A stretch of DNA of 64,000 nucleotides from Bacteroidia bacterium. GTDB lineage: Bacteria > Bacteroidota > Bacteroidia > SpSt-205. The position numbers and the translations under genes are program-made. Below the pieces are notes generated by a model. It ran no database searches. It was given only the letters and a program-made list of their open reading frames with translations, and was not told where the DNA came from. Below are positions 29,545-39,397 of this stretch, in pieces. The DNA lies in NCBI GenBank assembly GCA_026003235.1, contig BPGW01000004.1, positions 2,711-66,710 of the forward strand. Direction: 5' to 3'. Position 1 is the first letter of the stretch, and every line of letters starts with the position of its first letter.

Positions 29545-31174
29545 GCGCTCGCGTCAGGAAAACCAACTCGTCGCAGTAGGCTTGGGATTCAGGACGGTGG
29601 GCCACCACCAGCACAATCGCTTTTTCGGCCAGCACGCGCAGCCTCTCGTATAGGAGTTTTTCCGTCTCGGGTTCAATATGGGCGGTTGGCTCGTCTAAAA
29701 TCCACACGCTGGGCTCATGTAGGGCAGCTCGCCACAGGGCAATGAGTTGCCTTTCTCCGGCCGAGAGATTACTGCCTCCCGTAGCGATGAAGTGATCCAG
29801 GCTCCACCTGCGCAGGTAGCTCTCAAGCTGGAGCTTTTTAGCGGCGGTCCAGAGAGCCTCATCGGGCATATCGCGATACAGGGTAAGGTTTTCGCGTAAG
29901 GTGCCCTCAAAAAGCACCGGTTCTTGAGGAATGTACGCAATCTGGCTTCGCAGGGCGCGTTTGTCCCATTCTTCAAGGTTTAGACCTCCCAGCACGATCC
30001 GCCCTGCTTTTAGGCGATAGTAGCCCAGCGTAAGGTAAAAGAGCGTGCTTTTGCCGGTGCCGGTGGGGGCCACTAGCCCGTAAATGCGTCCAGGTTGGCA
30101 TGCCAGCGAAAAGCCTTCCAACACGGGGTGTTCCGGGGTGTACGCAAAGCTCACCCCCTCAAACGAAAGAAGGTAGGGTGGGGGCTCAGAAGGGGTTTTC
30201 CCTTCCACGTGTTCTTCTTCGGGGCGGTCCAGCAGCCGGAAAATGCGTTCGGCGCTCACCAGGCCCATTTGCAGGCTATTGACCTGATCGGCGATGATCC
30301 GGAAGGGCCGGAAAAACAGCTGCTGGTACAGCGAAAAAGCCACAAGCGTGCCCAGCGTAGTTTTACCCACATAGAGCAAATACGCCCCTACAAGGAGGAC
30401 GCTGGTCAGGCCTACCAGGGTCACCAGTTCCATGGCGGGGAAAAACAGCGCAAAATACCCGATCACCCAGCGGTAACTGAGGTAGTACAGACGATTGAGG
30501 CGAGTGAAGCGGGCCCATAGGGTTTTCTCGGCGCCCAAACTGGCGGTAAGTTCCCGACTTTGGAGCACTTCCTGCAGGAAGCCATTGGTCCGACCAATGT
30601 AAAGCCGTACTCGGTCAAAGCTCTGCCGAATCTTTCGGGAAAAATAGCGTGAGGTGAAAAGGCCCATAGGCATCGTCAAGAGGGTGAGCGTAGCCAGGCG
30701 GACATCCACGATAAACATCAGGACGATCAAGCACACCAGCTGGAAAATTTCGCCCGCGATCACAAGGAAGGTTTCGGCCAGGGTGCCCTGGAGGGTTTGG
30801 GTATCTGTCAGGGTGCGAGTATAAAGGATGCCGGTGGGGTACTTTTCCAGGACAGGGATTTCCAGGCGGAGCACTTTCTCAAAAAGGCGGCCTCGCAGGC
30901 GCTGGATGAGATTCCAGGCCAGGGTTTGGGTAGTTAGGGCTTGCCCGCGCAGGACCAGCGCATGCAGAAAAGCCATCCCGATTAGCGCAATCCCCCATCC
31001 CACCAGGGCTGAGAGGTTCCCCTCCCAAAGCGGATGGTCAATCACATACTGGTACAAGAGAGGCCGCAGCGGCTGGAAAAAAGAGGCCACCGTCACTAAG
31101 GCCAGCGCTGCCCAGAAAAGGCGCTCTTCTACCAGCAGGCGAAGGAGCCGAAAGACGACCGAACGATTTTTCAT
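29534..31174 (-). CDS. ABC transporter, fused permease/ATP-binding
   Basis: 6 TMs; APTGTGKST; LSAGERQ; ILDEPT. Confidence 0.9.
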   Translation of the reverse strand: MKNRSVVFRLLRLLVEERLFWAALALVTVASFFQPLRPLLYQYVIDHPLWEGNLSALVGWGIALIGMAFLHALVLRGQALTTQTLAWNLIQRLRGRLFEKVLRLEIPVLEKYPTGILYTRTLTDTQTLQGTLAETFLVIAGEIFQLVCLIVLMFIVDVRLATLTLLTMPMGLFTSRYFSRKIRQSFDRVRLYIGRTNGFLQEVLQSRELTASLGAEKTLWARFTRLNRLYYLSYRWVIGYFALFFPAMELVTLVGLTSVLLVGAYLLYVGKTTLGTLVAFSLYQQLFFRPFRIIADQVNSLQMGLVSAERIFRLLDRPEEEHVEGKTPSEPPPYLLSFEGVSFAYTPEHPVLEGFSLACQPGRIYGLVAPTGTGKSTLFYLTLGYYRLKAGRIVLGGLNLEEWDKRALRSQIAYIPQEPVLFEGTLRENLTLYRDMPDEALWTAAKKLQLESYLRRWSLDHFIATGGSNLSAGERQLIALWRAALHEPSVWILDEPTAHIEPETEKLLYERLRVLAEKAIVLVVAHRPESQAYCDELVFLTRAHAA

Positions 31175-32677
31175 GCGGGTACGGTCAGGCCCTCATAGAG
31201 GGCGGCGACCTTCTGCTGGATGTACCTTCGGAAGGGCTCCACAGACAGGGGCTTTCCTGTAGCTTTTTGGCACAGCGTCTGAGAATCATAGAGACGACCT
31301 TGGCTATGGATCTTTTCCCGCATCCAAGCCAGGGGAGCTTGGCCGTCCCCTTCTGCCAAGGCGGCTTCCCAATCTGGGTGTTCTTGAGAAAGGGCTTCCG
31401 CAAACTGAGCTGCGTAAAAGCTTCCCATGGAGTAGGTGGGGAAGTATCCAAAGTTACCCATAGACCAGTGAATGTCTTGCAGTACGCCAACCCCATCATG
31501 AGGCACTTGGAGCCCTAAGTAGGTTTGGATGCGGCTATTCCATGCCATGGGAAGCTCCGCTACCTTAAGCTCGCCATTCACGAGGGCCCTTTCCAGTTCA
31601 AAACGCAAGAGAATGTGCAAGTGGTAGCTCACCTCGTCGGATTGGATGCGGATCAGGGAAGGTTGGATGCGGTTCACGCGGCGGGCCAGCGTCAAAGGAT
31701 GGTAAGCGCTTAGCCAGGAGGGTTGGTACGAGGCAGCACATGGTTGTACAAGTAAGTCCAGAAGGCGAGGGAGTTCCCCACATGGTTTTCCCAGAAGCGG
31801 GACTGGGACTCATGGATGCTGAGGGAAGCCGGGGTGGTTATGGGCCATCCTAAGGGTTCTCGGGCAAGGCCCTGTTCATAGAGGGCGTGGCCCATCTCGT
31901 GCAGGGCAGAGCCCAACGCCATCGTGAGGTCGTTCTCGTCAATGCGGAGGGTGATGCGCACATCGTCGGGATTGAACCCACTACAAAAAGGATGAGGCGA
32001 CAGGTCAATGCGCCCTCGGCTAAGGTCATACCCCAAGCGAGTTACCACCTCTTCTACCAAGCTGCGTTGGGCGGAGGGGGGCAGGGAGAGGGGGAGGGCC
32101 ATCCACTCCTTCGGGCTTACGCGAAGCGCACACCTGCAGGGTCTCTATCAGGAAAGGCTTTATCTCGGCAAAGAGGGTCTCTACCTCGCCAGGGGAGAGG
32201 CTTTTTTTCATACAAGCGCAGCAGGGCCTCGTAGGGTTCTTTTTCGTAGCCCAGGGCAGCGGCTTTTTCCCGGGCCAGCGTTATCAGCTTTTCCAGGTGG
32301 GGGGCAAAGGAGCTAAAATCAGCTTTGGAGCGGGCTTCCACCCAGGCGACCTGAGCTAAACTGGCCGCTTCAGAAAAGGCCCGCACCAGCGAAGGCGGAA
32401 CCTTTTCGGCGGGTTCGGCTTCTTCAATCAGGGTCTGGATTTGACGCTGCTCTTCTGGGCTGAAAGCGCTGCTGTCCCTGGCTTCTCGCAAAAGGGGTAG
32501 GAGCGTTGTGGTGAGCCGCTGGTGTAAAAGCTCCATAAGCGTACCCACCAAGGCTGCCCGATGGGCTACCCCAGCCTTGGGCATGCACACTTCTTGATCC
32601 CAGGTGAGGATTTCCACATTGCTGGCTAGAAGGGCGTACGTGCGCAGCTCCTGGTTCAGCTTTTCGGCCAGGCTCAT
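31171..32677 (-). CDS. Carboxypeptidase M32 (Taq-type); frameshifted in at least two places
   Basis: WDQE; HPF; HEMGHALYEQ; HESQSRF; QDIHWS.G.FGYFPTYS. Confidence 0.9.
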
Positions 32678-32697
32678 CCCGCAAAGATAGCCCAAAC

Positions 32698-33303
32698 TTA
32701 CCGAGTTTCTCCCCACATGACATGCACTTCAAAAAGGAAGCGGCGGAGCTTGCTGCCTTCGTAGGCTCCGGGGGTGGGAGCAGGCCGGCGCAGAAGGTTG
32801 GTCAGGCCTATCTCGTAGTAGGCGCTCACGCCGGTGGTGCCGAATTGGACGGGCAGTTCCAGGGTCAGGCCTAAAGGCAAGAAGGCATACCACCGATTCA
32901 CGCTCCGGCGAGGGTCCGTAGAGAGGCCAGCGCTCTGGTAGCGGTAGCCGCCTACGATGCCGGTTTTGGGATACCAGACTTTCCAGCGAGGACCAAACCG
33001 AAATCCAGCCTCTACGGCTTTGTAGGCGGTTTGTTGGGCAGGGGAGAAGTCTTGGTTGACCAAGGGTAGGCGCACTTCGGAGGGGCCGCCCTTGTAGACC
33101 CACAGGAGAGAAAGCTCCCAGCCTGCTCCCCACCAGTAGTTTTTGCCATGCAGGCCGATGGCGGCGTCGGAGAAGAGCGCGGTGGGCACAGGCTCCCCTC
33201 GTTCCGTGGCATAGTTGAAGCGCCCCTGAAAAAGCAGGCCTATGCCTTTTTGCGCCCAGAGGAGAGCGCTACACAGACACGCCCAGGTCGCGAAGCAGCG
33301 CAT
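32698..33303 (-). CDS. Putative outer-membrane beta-barrel protein
   Basis: Signal ...LLWAQ; alternating amphipathic strands; aromatic-rich C-terminus. Confidence 0.5.
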   Translation of the reverse strand: MRCFATWACLCSALLWAQKGIGLLFQGRFNYATERGEPVPTALFSDAAIGLHGKNYWWGAGWELSLLWVYKGGPSEVRLPLVNQDFSPAQQTAYKAVEAGFRFGPRWKVWYPKTGIVGGYRYQSAGLSTDPRRSVNRWYAFLPLGLTLELPVQFGTTGVSAYYEIGLTNLLRRPAPTPGAYEGSKLRRFLFEVHVMWGETR

Positions 33304-34090
33304 TGAGGGCCAGCTTGTCGTCGTGGCGCGCTTCGCGCCAGCCGATGATGAGCGCGCAGGGCACCCCAAACTCCCCTGCGGGAAAGCGCTTGACCCGCGT
33401 GCCGGGTATCACAATCGCGCCTTCGGGCACATAGCCGCGGTATTCTTGGCCGGCGGGATCGGTGGTGTCCACAATAGGGATGGAAGCGGTAAGCACAGTA
33501 CCTGCCCCCAGGACGGCTTTCTTGCCTATTCGGACTCCCTCTACCACAATACACCGGCTGCCGAGAAAGGCCCCATCTTCCACGATAACGGGCATAGCTT
33601 GGGGCGGTTCCAAAACCCCTCCAATCCCCACTCCTCCGCTGATATGCACTTCGCGGCCAATCTGCGCGCACGACCCCACCGTGGCCCAGGTGTCTATCAT
33701 CGTCCCTTCTCCCACATAAGCGCCGATGTTGACATAACCCGGCATAAGCACCACACCAGGCGCCAGGTAGCTGCCGTAGCGGGCTACTCCTGGCGGCACG
33801 ATGCGCACACCCGCTGGCACCTCCTTCTTGACGGGGATCTTGTCTTGAAAGCGCAAAGCTCCCGCTTCCAGGGGCTGCGTCTGGCGCAACCGAAAGTACA
33901 ACAAAATCGCCTTCTTCACCCACTCCAGCACTTTCCAGCTGCCGTCGGCTTCAGGCAGCGCACATCGTACCTTGCCCTTGTCCAGCGCAGCTATGGTTTC
34001 TTCTACCGCTCGCTGGTAGGCAGAGACATTGAGCCTTTGAGGCTGAACCCAGGCTTCTTCTATGTGTTTTTCCAGCGTAGGCAAGTCCAT
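33269..34090 (-). CDS. dapD: Tetrahydrodipicolinate N-succinyltransferase
   Basis: EWVKKAILLYF; RIVPP; VNIGAYV; TMIDTWATVGSCAQIG; GGVLEP. Confidence 0.97.
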   Translation of the reverse strand: MDLPTLEKHIEEAWVQPQRLNVSAYQRAVEETIAALDKGKVRCALPEADGSWKVLEWVKKAILLYFRLRQTQPLEAGALRFQDKIPVKKEVPAGVRIVPPGVARYGSYLAPGVVLMPGYVNIGAYVGEGTMIDTWATVGSCAQIGREVHISGGVGIGGVLEPPQAMPVIVEDGAFLGSRCIVVEGVRIGKKAVLGAGTVLTASIPIVDTTDPAGQEYRGYVPEGAIVIPGTRVKRFPAGEFGVPCALIIGWREARHDDKLALNALLRDLGVSV

Positions 34091-34093
34091 ACT

Positions 34094-34598
34094 TCAGGTG
34101 AGCTTGAGGGTGGAAGCTCGTTCAGGGTCCAGTTTGCCCGCCATGATCAGGCGCATCTCCCGGCGGCGCAGCGCCTCCTCATACTGGCGCTTTTCCTCTT
34201 CGGTTTCGGGTTCTACGGGCGGCACCGGAATAGGGACACCCACTCTGGTCTATGGCCACAAAAGTGTAGTAAGCTTCGTTGGAAAGCCTTTTTTCGTTGG
34301 TGGGCAGGCTCTGGGCATACACCCGCAAATACACTTCCATGGAGGTATGAAAGGCCCGGGTTACATAGGCTTCTATGGTCAGCAGCTCGCCCACCCGTAT
34401 CGCCGAACGGAAGCTTACATAGTCTACTGCAGCGGTGACACATACCCGTTGGGAGTGCCGGTAAGCCGCAATAGCCGCCGCTATATCCATCCAATAAAGC
34501 AGCTGGCCCCCCATGAGGTTACCCAGGGCGTTGGCGTGGTTAGGAAAAACCATTTCGGTCAGTACCGTAAACGATTCTCTCGGTCGCTTGGGCTGCAT
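34094..34598 (-). CDS. Acyl-CoA thioesterase (hotdog fold); frameshift near 34230
   Basis: VFPNHAN.LG.LMGG...MD; VTAAVD; TSMEV; C-terminal EEALRRREMRL in the shifted frame. Confidence 0.88.
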
Positions 34599-34654
34599 GC
34601 TCCAAAGGTACGCACCTTGCGTAGGTTTAACTGCCATTGCGTATATTTGACAAA

Positions 34655-35632
34655 GTGGAGTCCTTCCCGAGAGAGCTTCGTACGATTGAAGATCTGATTG
34701 CCCTGCTTGAGGCCGAGCCCGTGTGGGTGGAGCGGCTACGGTCTATTCTTTTTACGCAGGGGCTTTTGAGCTTGCCTGACCGGGTGGCGCGCCTGGAAGA
34801 CCTTCTGCAGAAGCAAGCCGAGTGGATGGCACGCCTTTCGGAGCTTCTTGCCCGCTACGATGAACACCTCCGAGCTCATACCCGCCAGTTGGAAGAGTAT
34901 GGCCGACTGCTGGCGGAGCACGGCCGCCGGTTGGAAGAGCACACCCAGGCTATCCAAGAACACTCCGAACGCATAGCGCGGCTGGAGCAAATTATCGCTC
35001 AGCACGATGAGCGGATAGCTCGGCTGGAGGAGCTGGTGGCGCAGAATACGGCTCGCATTGAGCGATTGGAGGAGCTGGTGGCGCAGAATACGGCTCGCAC
35101 TCAGCGGCTGGAGGAGGTGATTGAGGAGCTGCGTAAGCTTGTTCAGCAACAAATGCAGCGGCTGGACATCCATGAGCAGCGCTTGAATAAGCTCACCGAT
35201 GATGTGAGTTTTCTCAAGGGAATGGTCCTGGAAATCCGAACTACCCTGCGAATACCTTCCGTTTTCGGAAGGCTTGTTCGGCGCTGTCGCCAAGCTGACA
35301 TGAACGAGATCTTTGAACGGGCGTATGCCCTTCGAGAAGCTGGCCAGCTTACCCAAGAGGAGCTACAAGAGCTGCTCCAACTTGACTTGGTGGTAGAAGG
35401 GCGCTTACCCCACGATGGGCAAATGCCTATTTTGCTAGCGGTAGAAATCTCTTTTGTAATAGATGCCGGGGATGTGGAGCGGACAGCGAGGCGAGCAACC
35501 CTGCTTAGCCGAGTTATGGAGCAGCCGGCTCAGGGCGTGGTGGTCGGAACTCGCCTTACCGCCGAGGGCCAAGAAGCCGCCGCAGAACGAGGGGTAGCCT
35601 GGATCCTTCAGGTGTTGCCCCGGGGAGACTGA
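34655..35632 (+). CDS. Coiled-coil protein with a C-terminal degenerate PD-(D/E)XK-like domain
   Basis: GTG follows TATATTTG; ~130 aa of heptads; LDLVVEG...LAVEISFVID..DVER..RRA. Confidence 0.7.
   Translation: MESFPRELRTIEDLIALLEAEPVWVERLRSILFTQGLLSLPDRVARLEDLLQKQAEWMARLSELLARYDEHLRAHTRQLEEYGRLLAEHGRRLEEHTQAIQEHSERIARLEQIIAQHDERIARLEELVAQNTARIERLEELVAQNTARTQRLEEVIEELRKLVQQQMQRLDIHEQRLNKLTDDVSFLKGMVLEIRTTLRIPSVFGRLVRRCRQADMNEIFERAYALREAGQLTQEELQELLQLDLVVEGRLPHDGQMPILLAVEISFVIDAGDVERTARRATLLSRVMEQPAQGVVVGTRLTAEGQEAAAERGVAWILQVLPRGD
35025..35099 (+). repeat. 42-bp-period direct repeat (two heptads) in the coiled coil
   Basis: tggaggagctggtggcgcagaatacggctcgca at 35025 and 35067. Confidence 0.9.
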
Positions 35633-36822
35633 AGCTGCTGGCCCCAGTAGGCCAGCCCTTGGAGGGCTACTTCCGTCAGGACGGCTGCCCCTATGGCCAG
35701 CGCTTCTTCCGCTATGTCAAAGTCCGCCGTATGGACCGGCCGCAGCGAAGGGGGGTAGGTGTCGTCTCCGGTGCCCAGCCGGATGAAACAGGCCGGCACC
35801 ACCTGGCTATAAAAAGCGAAATCCTCAGAGCTGAGCCAAAGGGGTAGGGTCTGGATAGCTTCGGCGCCCAGGAGGGCTTCAAGCCAGCGGCGGGTAAGCT
35901 GGGTCAGGGTAGGGTCGTTGACGAGCACGGGATAACCGGGTTGGAAGGTCACTTCGGCTTGTAGCTGCCAGAGTCGGGCCGTCTCTGTGACGATGGCCTG
36001 GATGAGCGTACGGGCTTTTTGTCGCCAGCTTTCGTCAAAAGTTCGGAGGGTCCCGGCTAAGTAGGCTTCGGCGGGGAGGATGTTAGGCGCGCTGCCCGCC
36101 TGAAACTGCCCAAAGCTCAGCACCGTGGGGGAGCGGGGGTCGCTGGCCCGGCTTACCACCATCTGGAGCTGCGTAATCAGGAAGGCCCCCACTGCTATAG
36201 GGTCTGGGGTGAGATGCGGGTACGCTGCGTGTCCACCAGGACCTCTAAGGCGTAGGTGGATCTCGTCGCTGGCCGCCATGAAGGGACCTTCTCGCAAGCC
36301 TACCAGCCCTACTCGCAGTTGAGGCGTCACATGGAGGCCCCAGAGGGCGCGCAGAGGCACTTCGTCCAGCACCCCCTCAGCCAGGAGAAGGCTAGCTCCT
36401 CCCGGAGCTTTTTCTTCGCCAGGTTGGAAAAGGAGCCGAATGCCTCCCCGCCAGCTGGCCCGGCTTTCCCATAAAAGGTGTGCGGCGCCAAGGAGCATCG
36501 CCATGTGCGCATCGTGGCCGCAAGCGTGCATTACCCCTGGGCGGGTAGAACGGTAAGGGCGGCCTTCCACTTCGCTCAAAGGAAGCGCGTCCATGTCGGC
36601 CCTCAGCCCAACCCAAGGACCGGCAGGGTGGGTGACCAAATCGGCGATGACCCCGGTCTGGGCCGCCTTTCGTACGCGCACGCCCGGCAGTTTCTCCAGT
36701 TCTTGAAGCAAAAACCGCTGCGTCTCCCATTCCTCAAAGGAAAGCTCGGGATGCTGGTGGAGGTGTCGCCGCCACGCCACCAAACGAGGAAGGAGCGCCT
36801 TAGCTCGCGCCAGAGTTTCCAT
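35608..36822 (-). CDS. M20 family amidohydrolase
   Basis: RRHLHQHPELSFEE; RADMDAL; MHACGHD; FQPGEE; SEDF. Confidence 0.93.
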   Translation of the reverse strand: METLARAKALLPRLVAWRRHLHQHPELSFEEWETQRFLLQELEKLPGVRVRKAAQTGVIADLVTHPAGPWVGLRADMDALPLSEVEGRPYRSTRPGVMHACGHDAHMAMLLGAAHLLWESRASWRGGIRLLFQPGEEKAPGGASLLLAEGVLDEVPLRALWGLHVTPQLRVGLVGLREGPFMAASDEIHLRLRGPGGHAAYPHLTPDPIAVGAFLITQLQMVVSRASDPRSPTVLSFGQFQAGSAPNILPAEAYLAGTLRTFDESWRQKARTLIQAIVTETARLWQLQAEVTFQPGYPVLVNDPTLTQLTRRWLEALLGAEAIQTLPLWLSSEDFAFYSQVVPACFIRLGTGDDTYPPSLRPVHTADFDIAEEALAIGAAVLTEVALQGLAYWGQQLQSPRGNT

Positions 36823-36826
36823 TTTG

Positions 36827-36844
36827 CAAAAGTGGCTACTTTTG
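36827..36844. promoter_or_regulatory. Back-to-back divergent -7 elements (CACTTTTG minus / TACTTTTG plus)
   Basis: Each is 4 nt from its start codon (36822, 36849). Confidence 0.65.
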
Positions 36845-36848
36845 CTCT

Positions 36849-37937
36849 GTGAGGTGGCTATTGGAGCGGTATCTGAGTCGCTACTTCCGACTGGAGGGGG
36901 TGCTGGACTTACCCAATGTAGCCATGCCGGTTCCCGCGCCCCCTATGCGCTTGCGGTATCGTCTTATGGCTCGGGCCTTGCGCTATGCACCGCATGTTTT
37001 GGCAGGGGTGGTGGTGGTGTACCTTTTGCACCAGCGCTGGCCTTTCCTCCCTCTTGCGTATCAGAAGTGGTACGAAGTGGCCTATACCCTTTCTGTGACG
37101 GGGTTGGTAGGCTACGGCACGAACTGGCTGGCTATCAAAATGCTTTTTCACCCCCGCAAGCCGCGTCCCATCTGGGGGCAAGGCCTTGTTCCCGCCTATA
37201 AGATGCGGATTGTGGAGCGGTTTGCCGAAGCTATCTCTACCTACATCCTCAATGAGACCGTTCTGCATCGGGTTCTCCATGAGGCGGGGGTGGCCCAGCG
37301 TCTGGCCATGGCGCTCACAGAGGGTACCTCGGGCCTCCTGAACGACCCAGAGTTTCGCGACGAGCTGATCCAGGCAGGCAAAAGCGCCCTCCAGAGTCTG
37401 GTGCAAGACCCTATTCAACAAGCCCGCCTCGTGCGCATCATAGATGCTAAGCTCCTTCAGGTGGTGCCTGCGGGCATTGCAGGGAGCCTTTTCCGGTCGT
37501 ACCGCCAGCTCAACGAACGCGGCTACCGAGAGGTGCTGGTCCGGACGGTTCTCTCGCTTCCAGACGCCTTTGAGGAAGCGGTGCGCAGCCTCAACCTTTC
37601 CGAAGCCGACGTGCGCCAGTTCATCCTCTCCCACACCGAAGACCTTGAAGACCTCCTGACCGATGTCATCCGAGCCGTGATTAGCCGAATCCCCCTTCAT
37701 CCCATCATTTACAACCAACTCAGCACCTTTGACGAACGCCAGTTAGAGCAGCTTTTCCTTTACACGACGAGCGAGCATTTGGAATTTATCCAGAATCTGG
37801 GTGCCCTTTTAGGGGTCTTGGCGGGTGTGTTTATCATGAATCCATGGCTTTCGCTCACGGGGGCAGCCCTGACGATTGGGGGGCTATGGGTGCTGGACGA
37901 GCTTTTGTACCGCTGGCAACATCGTCGTCGTGCCTAA
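36849..37937 (+). CDS. DUF445-family membrane protein
   Basis: GLVGYGTNWLAIKMLFHP...QGLVP; C-terminal LEFIQNLGALLG. Confidence 0.85.
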   Translation: MRWLLERYLSRYFRLEGVLDLPNVAMPVPAPPMRLRYRLMARALRYAPHVLAGVVVVYLLHQRWPFLPLAYQKWYEVAYTLSVTGLVGYGTNWLAIKMLFHPRKPRPIWGQGLVPAYKMRIVERFAEAISTYILNETVLHRVLHEAGVAQRLAMALTEGTSGLLNDPEFRDELIQAGKSALQSLVQDPIQQARLVRIIDAKLLQVVPAGIAGSLFRSYRQLNERGYREVLVRTVLSLPDAFEEAVRSLNLSEADVRQFILSHTEDLEDLLTDVIRAVISRIPLHPIIYNQLSTFDERQLEQLFLYTTSEHLEFIQNLGALLGVLAGVFIMNPWLSLTGAALTIGGLWVLDELLYRWQHRRRA

Positions 37938-39397
37938 GCTCTGGGCACGGTACGTAGCGGGGGATCCGGCTTTGTATCCCTTAGGGGCGTGGCCCTGGCC
38001 TCAGGTGCCTTGGTCGGCGGTGCTTCGGCATCGTTCGGCTTTTCCTACCCCTCGCCTGGCCCTGGTAGAGGCGCTCCAAAGGCAAAATGAACCCTTCCTG
38101 GCTGCGGATCAGGTTTTGCGACAGGCCATTGAAGCCCTCAAGGAGCCTACCACCTTCACGGTGACGACGGGGCAGCAGCTGGGTTGGCTTACCGGGCCCC
38201 TTTACACCCTCATCAAGGCCGCTCACGCTGTCCAACTTGCCCGCCAGCTGACGGCGCTCTTAGGTCCGCCTTATCGGGTGGTGCCGGTGTTTTGGCTGGC
38301 GTCAGAAGATCACGACGCTGCGGAAGTGCGCACCGTGGAAGTGGGATGGGGCCGACTCTTGCGGTACGAGGGCCTTTTCGCGGGTCCGGTGGGGCGACAT
38401 CGCATCCAAGCGGCCTTCCCTCCCGAAGCGGAATCCTTGGCCCTGCAGCGCTACTGGGAAGGAGGCCAGCTCTGGGAGAGGGCTTTTCGGGCTGCTATGC
38501 AGGCGCTCTTTGCCGGCACCGGGCTGGTGTGGTGCTCCGGCGACGACCCTGCCCTCAAAGCCTTAGCCAGCCCCCTGTGGATTGCCGAGATCCAGCATAA
38601 GCGCACCTATCAGGCCCACGCGATAGCGGTCTCTTCCCTAAGGGCCTTGGGAGAAGAGCCCTCTCTGCGCGCGCAGCCTGTCAACCTCTTCTGGCTTAGC
38701 GATGAGGAGCGCCGCTACCCCAAGCCCGAAGAGCTGGGATGATTTCCTTACGGCGGCCTACCTACACCCCGATCGCCTCAGCCCTAATGTGCTTCTGCGT
38801 CCTATCTACCAAGAGTGGCTGCTGCCGAGCCTTGCTTACGTGGCCGGTCCTGCCGAAGTGGCCTACTGGCTGGAGCTGCGGCCCGTCTTTGAGGCTTTTG
38901 GGGTGCCTATGCCGGTGGTGTATCCGCGAGGGCATCTGCGGGTGCTGCAGGCCCCTCCTCCTGCCCTTCCCGAAGGCCTTTCGTGGGAAGGAGTCTGGCA
39001 GCTTTCCCAGAACCGCCTGGGCACGCTGTTGGCGGAGCTGTGGGGCCATCACGAAATCCAAGCTCTCTTAGCTTGGGCTGAAGCGCACCGCCCCCCCGTA
39101 GAAAGCCTGTCTGAAAAGCCCTTTCTGCGCAGCGCCCAACGAAACTTCCTGCGTTTCTGGGAGGGCTGGAAGCAGCAGCTTAGGCGGGCCGGCCTTAGAG
39201 CCGCTTACGCACGCTACAGACCCGCTATTGAGGCCGTCCTCCATTACCGAATCTCGGTGGAACCGGAAGGTCGCCTGCAAGAGCGAAGCCTGAATGTCCA
39301 TGCTTTTGCGCCGCATGACCCTGTCTCGTGGGTTCAACGCCTGCTGAGGGAGGTCGCCTTCCAGCCCGGCCAGTGGACCTTATGGCAAACGGCCTGA
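37930..39397 (+). CDS. bshC: Bacillithiol biosynthesis cysteine-adding enzyme; frameshift near 38738
   Basis: VTTGQQL...GPLYT.IK; PVFWLASEDHD; SPNVLLRP.YQE..LP..AYVAGPAEVAYW; LQER. Confidence 0.88.
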
